Program-made: the position numbers and the translations under genes
Notes under the pieces: model-generated
What the model saw: the letters and a program-made list of their open reading frames with translations, nothing else
Told to the model about the DNA's origin: nothing
The model's database searches: none
In this document: positions 18,052-28,898 of the stretch, one piece after another
Position numbering within the stretch: the stretch's first letter is position 1
Layout: each line of letters starts with the position of its first letter
Source: Oscillospiraceae bacterium
Lineage (GTDB): Bacteria > Bacillota > Clostridia > Oscillospirales > CAG-272
NCBI GenBank assembly: GCA_015063585.1
Contig: SVTW01000005.1
Location: 525-64,524, forward strand
Direction: 5' to 3'
Length of the DNA stretch: 64,000 nt

Positions 18052-18288
18052 TTACTCACCAAGCTGCTCGCGCATTTTGATCATGGAGCGCAACTCTCCG
18101 CGATCAAGAATATGTCTGCCTCGATAATCGCTTTCCCTGCACATCCAACAGGAGCAATGAATTTTTCCTTTGCTATAGGATCCGCGATGGCGGTAATAAC
18201 CGCGACCGTAAAGAGAATGACTGATGCGGCTCTTACGGGAAATGACACGCTCTCTCTGATGTCTGCGATATTGTCTCGTTCGAGCCAT
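18052..18288 (-). CDS. hypothetical small Arg-rich protein with CxCxxC motif
   Basis: 78-aa ORF, co-oriented with prmA and 19 nt downstream of it. It is very basic (many R/K/H) and carries HCSCWMC. No family was recognised. Confidence 0.4.
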   Translation of the reverse strand: MARTRQYRRHQRERVISRKSRISHSLYGRGYYRHRGSYSKGKIHCSCWMCRESDYRGRHILDRGELRSMIKMREQLGE

Positions 18289-18306
18289 AGCCGCTCCCTC
18301 CTGTTT

Positions 18307-19272
18307 TTATTTTATGCTTTTTTTCATAACTGCAAGTCCGCACCAACCGTTGTCCTCAAGCTTTTCAACGATCCGATATCCGTTTGCCTCAAAGCAATCG
18401 ATCACATCCTGCGCGCGTTCGGAAATAATGCCCGATGCGAGAAGAACGGTTTTCTCATGCATGAAGGGCGCAACGTCGGGTGTCATTCGAATGATGATAT
18501 CGGCAACGATATTGGCACAAATCAGATCATAGGGACGTGTGCGGTCAGCCTGTCGCAGCAGGTCGGAAACCTCGCAGGTGATATTGGAAAGACCGCTATC
18601 CTTAATGTTTTCATTTGCGACACGAACCGCCATGGGATCAATGTCATACGCGCGGCACTCGGAAGCCCCCAGGCGCGATGCGCAGATCGCAAGGATCCCA
18701 CTCCCCGTTCCCACGTCGAGCATACGGCAACCCGGCGCGGTATATTTTTCAAGCATGCGGATCACCAGGCGCGTGGTCTCATGTGTGCCGGTCCCAAATG
18801 CCATGCCGGGGTCCATTCGTACAATGAGTTCCCCCTCCGCCGGCTCATATTTCTCCCATGCGGGAACGATCACAAGCTTTGACCCGATCTTGATCGGCTT
18901 ATAATATGCCTTCCATGAATTCGCCCAATCCTCCTCATTGACACCAACCGTTTCGATTTTCGCATCCGCAAGCTTGGAAGCGGCAAAACGTTCGCGCAAA
19001 AAAGCGATTGCCTCCGCAACGCTTCGTTCGGCGGGAAGATAGACCGATACCGACGCAATCGTTTTATCCGCATTGAGAATACTTTCGTCGATCAGATCTC
19101 CGTAGCAGGTTTTGAGGTCGATATCGCTATAGTCCTCGATTTGCAAATTATTGGAGATCATGCTCATGATCGCGGTCAGTGCGTCGAGCTCGCCAAGCGG
19201 TACGGTAACGCGGATCTGCGTCCACTCGGTCTCGGTTCCATAGTCACCGCATACGTAATCCTGATCTACCAT
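18307..19272 (-). CDS. prmA: ribosomal protein L11 methyltransferase
   Basis: 321 aa. SAM motif LDVGTGSGILAI, PrmA N-terminal domain and the conserved position after dnaJ. Confidence 0.9.
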   Translation of the reverse strand: MVDQDYVCGDYGTETEWTQIRVTVPLGELDALTAIMSMISNNLQIEDYSDIDLKTCYGDLIDESILNADKTIASVSVYLPAERSVAEAIAFLRERFAASKLADAKIETVGVNEEDWANSWKAYYKPIKIGSKLVIVPAWEKYEPAEGELIVRMDPGMAFGTGTHETTRLVIRMLEKYTAPGCRMLDVGTGSGILAICASRLGASECRAYDIDPMAVRVANENIKDSGLSNITCEVSDLLRQADRTRPYDLICANIVADIIIRMTPDVAPFMHEKTVLLASGIISERAQDVIDCFEANGYRIVEKLEDNGWCGLAVMKKSIK

Positions 19273-19281
19273 ATCGTCTCC

Positions 19282-20439
19282 TTACTTTTGTCCGAAAATT
19301 TTCTTGAAAAACTGTTTGTGCTTGGAGTAATTGCTCTCCCCGCAGCTATCGGCAAATGCCTTCATCGCGTCCTTTTGTTTATCGGTAAGACCTTTTGGAA
19401 TTTCAACCTGTACGCGGAAGATCAGCTCTCCGCGCCGTCCGTTTCCGTTTACATACGGAATACCCTTACTCTTCAGCGTAAACCGCGTTCCGGGCTGTGT
19501 ACCCTCGGGAATATGATATTTTGTATTTCCCTCCAGCGTCGGCACGTCGATATCGGCCCCCAGCGTTGCCTCAGCAACCGTGATTGGGACCTCACAGTAA
19601 ATATCGTATCCGTCGCGTTCGAAGATGTTATGGTTACGCACCGATACGACAATGATCAAATCACCTGCCGCACCGCCGTTTCGCCCGTCATTTCCCTGCC
19701 CACGCAATGCGATGCGCTCGCCGTTATCAATACCCGCAGGAATGGAAACCGTCAAACGCTTGGTTTCACGGGTCTGCCCCGATCCGCGACATTTCGAGCA
19801 GGGATTTTTGATGATCTTACCGCTTCCGCGGCATGCGTCACAGGCTGCCGTGGATTGGAACGACATGTTACCCATGCGTTGTACGCGCCGAACCTGTCCC
19901 GCACCGTGACAAACGCTACAGGTCTCAACCCCCGAACCGCCTGCCGCACCTGTACCGCTACAGTCGGCACAGCGGCAAATGCGGTTATAGGAGACCTCCT
20001 TTTTTACACCGAATGCTGCCTCCTCAAAGGTAATGGTAATGTTTGCGCCGATATCGTCACCCGGGGTTGGACCGTTCCGGCGTTGACGGCTACCACCAAA
20101 CGCGCCGCCGAACATACCGCCGAGAATATCGCCAAGATCTCCAAAATCGCCAAATCCCCCGCCAAATCCGCCAAAGCCTCCGAAACCGCCGTCGCCGCCT
20201 CCCATGGAGGGGTCGAACGCCGCATGTCCGAATTGATCGTATTTTGCGCGTTTATCGGCATCGGAAAGAATCTCATATGCCTCGTTTGCCTCTTTGAATT
20301 TTTCCTCAGCAACCTTATCGCCTGGGTTGGTGTCGGGATGATATTGCTTTGCGAGCTTGTAATATGCCTTTTTTATAGTTCCCGCGTCGGCGTTTTTATC
20401 AACGCCCAATACCTCGTAGTAATCTCTTTTTTCAGCCAT
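19282..20439 (-). CDS. dnaJ: molecular chaperone DnaJ
   Basis: The start was set to [13 protein letters not shown] (ATG at 20439). J domain with HPD, a G/F-rich region and four CxxCxGxG zinc-finger repeats. Confidence 0.95.
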   Translation of the reverse strand: MAEKRDYYEVLGVDKNADAGTIKKAYYKLAKQYHPDTNPGDKVAEEKFKEANEAYEILSDADKRAKYDQFGHAAFDPSMGGGDGGFGGFGGFGGGFGDFGDLGDILGGMFGGAFGGSRQRRNGPTPGDDIGANITITFEEAAFGVKKEVSYNRICRCADCSGTGAAGGSGVETCSVCHGAGQVRRVQRMGNMSFQSTAACDACRGSGKIIKNPCSKCRGSGQTRETKRLTVSIPAGIDNGERIALRGQGNDGRNGGAAGDLIIVVSVRNHNIFERDGYDIYCEVPITVAEATLGADIDVPTLEGNTKYHIPEGTQPGTRFTLKSKGIPYVNGNGRRGELIFRVQVEIPKGLTDKQKDAMKAFADSCGESNYSKHKQFFKKIFGQK

Positions 20440-20488
20440 TTTTATCCTCTCTCGGACCCGTTTTTTCAAGCGATTCCAAATACACCAT

Positions 20489-20523
20489 AACCGTTCCCGC
20501 CGCAAAATGCGACGGGAACGGTT
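20489..20523 (-). other. intercistronic stem-loop between dnaK and dnaJ
   Basis: AACCGTTCCCG-N13-CGGGAACGGTT, a perfect 11-bp stem with no strong U-tract on the transcribed strand. Confidence 0.5.
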
Positions 20524-20544
20524 GTTTTATTTTATTTGTTCGGA

Positions 20545-22374
<1,830 letters not shown>

Positions 22375-22430
22375 GATAATAATCCTCCAAATATATAAAA
22401 GAAATTTTTAACACTGTGATTTTGCCGCGA

Positions 22431-22994
22431 TCAGTTTGCTACCTTTACCATTGCGTAGCGGATCACCTTATCCCCCTTGACGTATCCCTTTTGGAATACC
22501 TCCACGATCTCGGATTCTCCGAGTGCTTCGTCCTCAACGTGCATCACGGCATTGTGCAGGTTGGGATCAAAGGTTTTGGTTTCGATCTCTGTAATTCCCA
22601 TCTTGGAAAGCGCGTCATCAAACGCCTTTGCGGTCAATTCAAGCCCCTTTTTCACGGCATCAAGATTATCCGAGTGGCTTGCTCGCTCCAAGTTATCAAG
22701 GATCGGCAGAATACCGGCGATGCAATCCGCATACGCGTCCGCGTAAACGCCTTCTTTTTCCTTTGCGCTTCTCTTGCGGAAATTATCATATTCCGCCATC
22801 ATGCGCAGGTATTTATCCTCGCAAGCCTTTGTTTCTGCCTCTGCAGCCTCAAGCTTCTTTTTCAAATCGGCAAGCTCGGCTTCCGTCTTTTTTGCTTTTT
22901 TCTTCTCCGCCTTTTCCGCTTTGGTGTCGGTTGCCTTCTTGGTTTCCTCGTTCTCAGGCATCTCGGAAGTTGCGGTGGTCTTAGTTTCCTCCAT
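22431..22994 (-). CDS. grpE: nucleotide exchange factor GrpE
   Basis: 187 aa. An acidic/Lys-rich N-terminus is followed by the GrpE core (RMMAEYDNFRKR...FDPNLHNAV). Confidence 0.92.
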   Translation of the reverse strand: MEETKTTATSEMPENEETKKATDTKAEKAEKKKAKKTEAELADLKKKLEAAEAETKACEDKYLRMMAEYDNFRKRSAKEKEGVYADAYADCIAGILPILDNLERASHSDNLDAVKKGLELTAKAFDDALSKMGITEIETKTFDPNLHNAVMHVEDEALGESEIVEVFQKGYVKGDKVIRYAMVKVAN

Positions 22995-24057
22995 TGGGTT
23001 TTCCTCCGTTCAACTGATTGTTTGCTTGTATCATATCGGTAATGTTTCCACTCAAGCCCTCAAGCGTTGCCAGCACCTTGGCATAATCCATACGCCGCGG
23101 TCCGAGCACGCCGATCGCTCCGACGGTTCTGCCGTTTTGCACGATTGGCTTGAACACAAGCGCAGAATTGTTCATTACCTTTACCTCGCTCTCCGATCCG
23201 ATCACCACGTTGATGCCGTCGCTATCGGTTCGGGATACGAGATTGAGAATATCTTCCTTCTTTTCCAACGTGCCGAGCAGCTCCTGAAGCTGTCCGACGT
23301 CGCTGTATTCGGGATATTGAAGCAGATGGTCGATTCCGCTTACACGCATCTCACCCTCGTCCAGCTCACTGAGCAATTCGTAGATCACCTTGATCGCGCG
23401 TGAGACCGCGTGAGCGTCCACTCCCATTCGATCCTCGATTTTCATAATGATCGGAAGTGTGATCTGATCCGCCGAAAGGCCGATCAAATTTTCATTCAGC
23501 GCAACCGCAAGCCGAGAAACGGTTTGATGCTCCAAGGGCTTTTCAACATGCACATGCTTGCTTTTCACAGCCCCCGCCGACGTGATCGCGATCAAAATAT
23601 AATGATCGGGCTCGAGATAGATCGTTTCAAATTTACTGATGCTGACCATTCTCGCGCGCGGCTTGATGGCAATTCCCGTGTAATTGGTCATGCTGGACGC
23701 CAAACGAGACGCGGCAACCAATATCTGATCAAGCTCTCCCATCTTTGCACGCAACAGATTATTGATCTGCGCAATTTCGGCAGTGGTCATTGCGTAGTGC
23801 TCGATCAGCGAATCTACGTAAAAACGATAGCCGAGCTCACTCGGAACGCGCCCCGCAGATGCATGCGGCTGTTCCAGATAGCCCATTTCCTCAAGCTCCG
23901 CCATTTCATTTCGAATGGTAGCAGACGAGCACGCCAACTGCTGATTTTGAAGGATCGATTTAGAGCCGATGGGTCCGCCGCCCTCAATGTGCGCGTCAAC
24001 AATTGCCTTCAGGATCTGTTTTTTTCGCTCGCTGAGTCCACGTTTTTCAGATGCCAT
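22981..24057 (-). CDS. hrcA: heat-inducible transcription repressor HrcA
   Basis: 358 aa. N-terminal winged helix (LSERKKQILKAIVDAHIEGGGPIGSKSI). It is the first gene of the hrcA-grpE-dnaK-dnaJ operon and lies directly downstream of CIRCE. Confidence 0.93.
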   Translation of the reverse strand: MASEKRGLSERKKQILKAIVDAHIEGGGPIGSKSILQNQQLACSSATIRNEMAELEEMGYLEQPHASAGRVPSELGYRFYVDSLIEHYAMTTAEIAQINNLLRAKMGELDQILVAASRLASSMTNYTGIAIKPRARMVSISKFETIYLEPDHYILIAITSAGAVKSKHVHVEKPLEHQTVSRLAVALNENLIGLSADQITLPIIMKIEDRMGVDAHAVSRAIKVIYELLSELDEGEMRVSGIDHLLQYPEYSDVGQLQELLGTLEKKEDILNLVSRTDSDGINVVIGSESEVKVMNNSALVFKPIVQNGRTVGAIGVLGPRRMDYAKVLATLEGLSGNITDMIQANNQLNGGKPNGGN

Positions 24058-24093
24058 ACCGCCAAAATCTCCTTCCCTTTTTTAATCCTGTTT

Positions 24094-24120
24094 TTAGCAC
24101 TCTTTTTGTTGGAGTGCTAA
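24094..24120. promoter_or_regulatory. CIRCE operator (HrcA binding site)
   Basis: A perfect TTAGCACTC-N9-GAGTGCTAA, 37 nt upstream of the hrcA start codon. Confidence 0.95.
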
Positions 24121-24130
24121 ACCATGTATA

Positions 24131-24159
24131 AATTTATCACTTTTTCGGCACTTTGTCAA
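24131..24159 (-). promoter_or_regulatory. candidate sigma-A promoter of the hrcA operon
   Basis: On the minus strand: TTGACA (24154-24159), a 17-nt spacer, then TAAATT (24131-24136), immediately upstream of CIRCE. Confidence 0.5.
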
Positions 24160-24327
24160 GGCTTTTTTCAAATTTTCTTATGAACATTTTGTAAACATCG
24201 GTTTAGAGTGCTAATTTTTTTAGAAAAAAGACGTTTTGAGGACGATTGGTTCATAAAATCAAAATTCCACCCCCTTTTTCTTTGCTTTGATATGGAATAA
24301 TATTTCTTCAAAAAACAGGTAAAATCC

Positions 24328-24356
24328 TTGAAAAAAAGTGTTTTTTCTGCTATAAT
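24328..24356 (+). promoter_or_regulatory. candidate sigma-A promoter for the histidine phosphatase gene
   Basis: TTGAAA (24328-24333), a 17-nt spacer, then TATAAT (24351-24356). Confidence 0.4.
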
Positions 24357-24398
24357 TTATTTATATGATAGAAATATCACAAAAAGGAGGTATTTTAC

Positions 24399-25103
24399 AT
24401 GTTTCTTTATATCGTTCGCCACGGAGATCCGGATTATACCACCGACACCTTGACGGAGCGTGGAAAATTACAGGCAGAAGCAGTTGCGAAACGTCTCGCA
24501 GATGCCGGGATCAACCGCGTTTTTTCCTCCCCACTCGGCAGAGCAAGAGAGACAGCAGCGCCCACCTGCCGTTTGCTTGGTTTGGATTGCACGATTGAGG
24601 AATGGACACGCGAGATCGACGAGGAAACCTATACCCCCTTCCCCGATGGAATCCCAAAATCGGTTTCCACCATTCAAAGTACTTATTACCGTGAAAACGG
24701 AAATATTGATCTTGACTATCAACACGCCTTTGAATGTCAGGGCTTTTGCGATTCGGGCATGGATCGCGCGCTGAAAAATATAAGTGAGGGAGGAGATGCG
24801 TTTTTGGAGCGGCTTGGATACCGTGCTGAAAACGGAAACTATCGCATTCTTCGCCCCAATCAAGAAAAGGTCGCGCTGTTCTGCCACGGCGCAATGGGGC
24901 GTGTGTTCATTGCTTCCCTGCTCCATATTCCGCTGCATCTGATGTGGGCAGGCTTCCGCTATACGCACACGGGTGTTACCGTGATCGAATTCAAAAACAA
25001 TGAAAACGGTATTACAGCCCCCGCGTGCCTATGCTATTCCGATATGTCACATCTCTATGCCGCGGGTCCCGATATGCTCTATAACAGTACAAAACATATA
25101 TAA
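24399..25103 (+). CDS. histidine phosphatase family protein
   Basis: 234 aa. N-terminal catalytic RHG motif (LYIVRHGDPDY) and a later CHGA motif. GGAGG RBS. Confidence 0.8.
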   Translation: MFLYIVRHGDPDYTTDTLTERGKLQAEAVAKRLADAGINRVFSSPLGRARETAAPTCRLLGLDCTIEEWTREIDEETYTPFPDGIPKSVSTIQSTYYRENGNIDLDYQHAFECQGFCDSGMDRALKNISEGGDAFLERLGYRAENGNYRILRPNQEKVALFCHGAMGRVFIASLLHIPLHLMWAGFRYTHTGVTVIEFKNNENGITAPACLCYSDMSHLYAAGPDMLYNSTKHI

Positions 25104-25111
25104 TAGTAAAA

Positions 25112-25282
25112 GAGGCTGCGTCATTGGCGCAGCCTCTGCTCAAAAAAGCCGACGGTAGGCTTTTTTGTAGCGCGGAATTTGCGGTTTTCGACTGCAAAGC
25201 AGTCGAAAATTGCGGTGTTTAGCCGCAAAGCAAAAACGTCGGGGGTGAGTACCAAATGCATTTTTGCATTTGACTCACCCCC
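25112..25282. repeat. intergenic multi-hairpin repeat, long form (copy B, five stem-loops)
   Basis: 165 of 171 nt are identical to 59062-59232. Stems are listed in findings. It lies between convergent gene ends. Confidence 0.9.
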
Positions 25283-25311
25283 TTTTATTTGACAGAAAGC
25301 CTCTGTCTGAT

Positions 25312-26709
25312 TCAGATTGCGTGAACGCCGAGTGTCTTATCGGCATGCTCGGGATCAAGGTTGTATTTCTTTGCTTTACGGAATTCGAAGAATTTTTTGG
25401 ATACCTCGGGGAAAAGTGCGTAAGAAAGCACGTCCTCGTCCTGCTCCAGATATTGCGCGATCTCACCGCGAAGCTTTTCGAGCTCGGGCTTGAGAGCGTC
25501 TGCGGGACGGTAGGAGATCGGTGTTTCGTCTCCAATGATCTGCTTCACAAACGCGGGATCAATCGCAACGGGAGTCTTACCGTACTCACCGCGCACGATT
25601 CCCTTAAATTCTTTGGTAACCGTTTTGTAACGCTCGCCCATAATCACGTTGAACACAGCCTGCGTACCAACGATCTGGGAGGAAGGCGTAACAAGCGGAG
25701 GATATCCAACGTCGGCACGCACGCGCGGAACCTCCTCCAGAACAGCCGTGAGCTGATCGGACTTGCCTGCCTGTGCGAGCTGGCTCATCAGGTTGGAAAG
25801 CATGCCTCCGGGAACCTGATACATCAGAGCATTGACGTCCACCTTGAGTGCCTTGGGGTTGAGCAGTCCGTTTGCCATATATTTCTCACGCAGAGGTGTG
25901 AAATATTTCGTGATCTTATCCAACGATTCAAGGCTGATACCCGTGTCATACTGCGTTCCCTGCAATGCGGCAACCATTGCCTCTGTGGGAGGCTGAGAGG
26001 TACCCATTGCCATCGGGGAGATTGCGGTGTCGATTACGTCGACGCCCGCCTCAACCGCCTTCATCAAGGTCATGGAAGCCAGACCCGAGGTATAGTGTGT
26101 ATGCAGTTGAATCGGAACCTTGACCGACTCCTTGAGTGCCTTTACAAGCTCATATGCGTCATAGGGCTTGAGCAGACCCGCCATGTCCTTTACACAGATG
26201 GAATCCGCGCCCATGCTCTCAAGCTGCTTTGCATACTTGGAGTAGTATTCCAGCGTGTAAACGGGTCCTGTGGTGTAGGAGAAAGCTGCCTGCACATGCC
26301 CCTGTTCGCGTTTGGTTGCACGAATTGCGGTTTCAAGGTTGCGAGGATCGTTCAGCGCATCGAAAATACGGAGAATATCAATTCCGTTTGCGATCGATTT
26401 CTGAACGAAGTATTCTACAACGTCGTCGGAATAGTGGCGGTAGCCGAGAATGTTCTGTCCGCGGAACAGCATCTGAAGCTTGGTGTTCTTCACGCGCTCG
26501 CGGATCTTGCGTAAACGCTCCCACGGATCTTCATTGAGGAAGCGCATGCAGGCGTCAAAGGTTGCGCCGCCCCATGCTTCCAGCGAATGGTATCCGATCT
26601 TATCCATTTCATCGAGGATCGGGAGCATTTCCTCGGTGGTCATTCTGGTTGCGATCAGCGACTGATGAGAGTCGCGGAGAACCGTTTCTGTAATTTTTAC
26701 TTTTGACAT
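25312..26709 (-). CDS. oxaloacetate decarboxylase alpha / transcarboxylase 5S-type carboxyltransferase subunit (no biotinyl domain)
   Basis: 465 aa. TIM-barrel carboxyltransferase motifs ITETVLRDSHQSL and ICVKDMAGLLKP. It ends before any biotinyl domain. Confidence 0.85.
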   Translation of the reverse strand: MSKVKITETVLRDSHQSLIATRMTTEEMLPILDEMDKIGYHSLEAWGGATFDACMRFLNEDPWERLRKIRERVKNTKLQMLFRGQNILGYRHYSDDVVEYFVQKSIANGIDILRIFDALNDPRNLETAIRATKREQGHVQAAFSYTTGPVYTLEYYSKYAKQLESMGADSICVKDMAGLLKPYDAYELVKALKESVKVPIQLHTHYTSGLASMTLMKAVEAGVDVIDTAISPMAMGTSQPPTEAMVAALQGTQYDTGISLESLDKITKYFTPLREKYMANGLLNPKALKVDVNALMYQVPGGMLSNLMSQLAQAGKSDQLTAVLEEVPRVRADVGYPPLVTPSSQIVGTQAVFNVIMGERYKTVTKEFKGIVRGEYGKTPVAIDPAFVKQIIGDETPISYRPADALKPELEKLRGEIAQYLEQDEDVLSYALFPEVSKKFFEFRKAKKYNLDPEHADKTLGVHAI

Positions 26710-26734
26710 TTCTGTTCACTCCTTATCCGTTAAT

Positions 26735-27943
26735 TCAACCCAAGCCGGCGAAGCGTGCAAGCAAGACGCCCGCGGCAACAGCCGAACCGATAACGCCTGC
26801 GACATTGGGTCCCATCGCGTGCATCAAGAGGAAGTTGGAAGGATCTGCCTTCTGCCCTTCGATCTGCGAAACACGAGCCGCCATCGGAACCGCCGAAACG
26901 CCTGCCGAGCCGATGAGAGGATTGATCTTTCCTCCGCTGAGCACGTTCATGATCTTTGCGGTGAGAAGGCCTCCCACGGTCGAGATCATAAACGCAATGA
27001 GTCCAAGACCGATGATCAAAAGAGTCTTCAGATCAAGAAAATCCTTTGCCACCGCAGTTGCCCCAACGCTGATACCAAGGAAGATGGTAACAATGTTCAT
27101 CAACGCATTTTGCGCAGTATCGGAAAGACGGCCTGTTACACCACAGACATTGAGCAAATTTCCAAGCATCAAGCATCCAATCAGCACAAGTGCTTCGGGA
27201 ACAACAAGTGCTACGATGATCGTTACCATAATCGGGAAAATAATTTTTTCAGTCTGCGTCACTTCACGCAATGCCGTCATTTTGATCTCGCGCTCCTTCT
27301 TTGTTGTGAGCAAACGCATCAGGGGCGGCTGGATCATGGGAATCAGCGCCATGTAAGAATATGCAGCGATTGCAATTGCGCCGAGCAGATGCGGCGCGAG
27401 TGTTTTGGTAACCGTGATTGCCGTAGGGCCGTCGGCACCTCCGATGATACCGATAGATGCGGCCTCAAGAGCAGAAAACTGCCCCGAGAGCAACGCTCCG
27501 GAAAAAGCGACAAATACGCCAAGCTGTGCGCCCGCACCGATCAGCAAGCTTTTGGGATTGGAGATCAGGGGGGTAAAATCGGTCATTGCGCCAATACCGA
27601 TGAATATGATACAAGGGTAAAGACCCGTTTTGACGCCGATGTAAAGCAGGTCGATAAGTCCTCCCTCTCGAAGGATCTGACCGTAATTGATCGGAACGTC
27701 GGGATTCATAAAGAAATCCGAGTGAAACATGTTGCCGCCGGGAAGATTGGTCAGAAGCATGCCGATCGCGATTGGAAGCAGGAGCAGTGGCTCAAACTTT
27801 TTCACGATGGCAAGATAGACCAGCACACAAACGATCGCAAGCATCACGATCGTTTGCCACCATGCGGCATCCACACTGTTTATGAGCTTATAAATTCCGG
27901 TTGATTCCCAGAAATTCAGCAAGCTCTCAAGTAATGCGCCCAT
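26735..27943 (-). CDS. sodium ion-translocating decarboxylase beta subunit
   Basis: 402-aa polytopic membrane protein with characteristic OadB/MmdB/GcdB segments (IGIGAMTDF, GGADGPT, NPLIGSAGVSAVP). Confidence 0.9.
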   Translation of the reverse strand: MGALLESLLNFWESTGIYKLINSVDAAWWQTIVMLAIVCVLVYLAIVKKFEPLLLLPIAIGMLLTNLPGGNMFHSDFFMNPDVPINYGQILREGGLIDLLYIGVKTGLYPCIIFIGIGAMTDFTPLISNPKSLLIGAGAQLGVFVAFSGALLSGQFSALEAASIGIIGGADGPTAITVTKTLAPHLLGAIAIAAYSYMALIPMIQPPLMRLLTTKKEREIKMTALREVTQTEKIIFPIMVTIIVALVVPEALVLIGCLMLGNLLNVCGVTGRLSDTAQNALMNIVTIFLGISVGATAVAKDFLDLKTLLIIGLGLIAFMISTVGGLLTAKIMNVLSGGKINPLIGSAGVSAVPMAARVSQIEGQKADPSNFLLMHAMGPNVAGVIGSAVAAGVLLARFAGLG

Positions 27944-27994
27944 GATTGCTTATCCTTTCTGCAATATCTTTTTGAATGAAAATTTGCAAAAGAA

Positions 27995-28414
27995 TCAGTT
28001 CATGGTAACCAGAACCGCGTCGGTTGCAACCGATGCGCCCTGCGTTGCGTCTACCGATGCAACAACACCGTCGGAGGGAGCGGTGATATCATTTTCCATC
28101 TTCATTGCCTCCAGCACGCAAAGAACGTCACCCTTCTTCACCGAATCGCCGGGCTTTACGTTGATCTTAATAATGGTTCCGGGCATGGGAGCCTTTACGC
28201 TGACTGCGCCTGCCTTACCTGCGGGTGCTGCTGCGGGAGCGGGGGCAGGAGCCGCCGCAGGAGCGGGTGCTGCTACGGGAGCAGGAGCGGGAGCTGCCGC
28301 TACGGGAGCGGGAGCCACGTAGGTAGGAACGGGAGCACCGCCCGCAACTTCTTCCACAACAACGTCATATACAACACCATTTACAGTTACACGATAGTTT
28401 TTCATTTGAATCAC
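27995..28414 (-). CDS. biotin carboxyl carrier subunit (biotinyl domain with Ala/Pro linker)
   Basis: 139 aa. Long APAPV-type linker and a C-terminal biotinylation motif LEAMKMEN. Confidence 0.9.
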   Translation of the reverse strand: MIQMKNYRVTVNGVVYDVVVEEVAGGAPVPTYVAPAPVAAAPAPAPVAAPAPAAAPAPAPAAAPAGKAGAVSVKAPMPGTIIKINVKPGDSVKKGDVLCVLEAMKMENDITAPSDGVVASVDATQGASVATDAVLVTMN

Positions 28415-28470
28415 CTTAAAACCTTTCTGAAATTAATAATTGATTTTCTATTTAATTTGATCGGATTGGA

Positions 28471-28884
28471 TCAGAAGCGATTGCGGACGTTTGCGCGTCC
28501 CGCTCTCTTAAAGGATACCACGCGGAAAGCCGCGGTATTCCCTTCCTCCGCACGTGCGGCGGTCACAGCGGCAGTAATTGCCGCGATGATCGCGCCATCA
28601 TCCTCGGTTGCAGCAATTGCGGCGGCGATCGCAGCAGCGATGGCTGCATCGTTTGTTGCCGAAGCCGGTGCATCGGATGCGGGCGCATCGGTTTCCGGTT
28701 CCTCGGCTTTCTTTTTATGAACAAGCCTGTGCATGATCTCGATCATCAACCAAAGGACTGCCAACACCGCGAAGATCGTCAGCATTCCTTGCAGGGTTAC
28801 GATTCCTGCCGTAGAGGTGCGATTTGCGATCAGATCCTCTTCCGGCGTGGTCAGTGCAACCGGCAGTAATAAACTTTGTAACAT
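28471..28884 (-). CDS. OadG-family small membrane subunit (gamma/delta anchor)
   Basis: 137 aa. It has a single TM (MLTIFAVLAVLWLMIEIM), then a charged linker and an Ala-rich tail. Its position between the carboxyltransferase and the biotin carrier fits this role. Confidence 0.7.
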   Translation of the reverse strand: MLQSLLLPVALTTPEEDLIANRTSTAGIVTLQGMLTIFAVLAVLWLMIEIMHRLVHKKKAEEPETDAPASDAPASATNDAAIAAAIAAAIAATEDDGAIIAAITAAVTAARAEEGNTAAFRVVSFKRAGRANVRNRF

Positions 28885-28898
28885 AACGCGGCCTCCTT

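Noticed and set aside
28200-28330. GC-rich imperfect tandem repetition (GCTGC/GGAGC/GGGAGC units), which could be mistaken for a microsatellite or array.
   Set aside because: It is the coding sequence of the Ala/Pro-rich flexible linker (APAPV...AAPAPAPAAAPAG) of the biotin carrier protein on the minus strand, a normal feature of these subunits.
28560-28700. A second Ala-codon-rich repetitive stretch.
   Set aside because: It encodes the Ala-rich C-terminal tail (AAIAAAIAAAIAAT...) of the OadG-like subunit. It is a compositional feature of the protein, not an independent repeat element.
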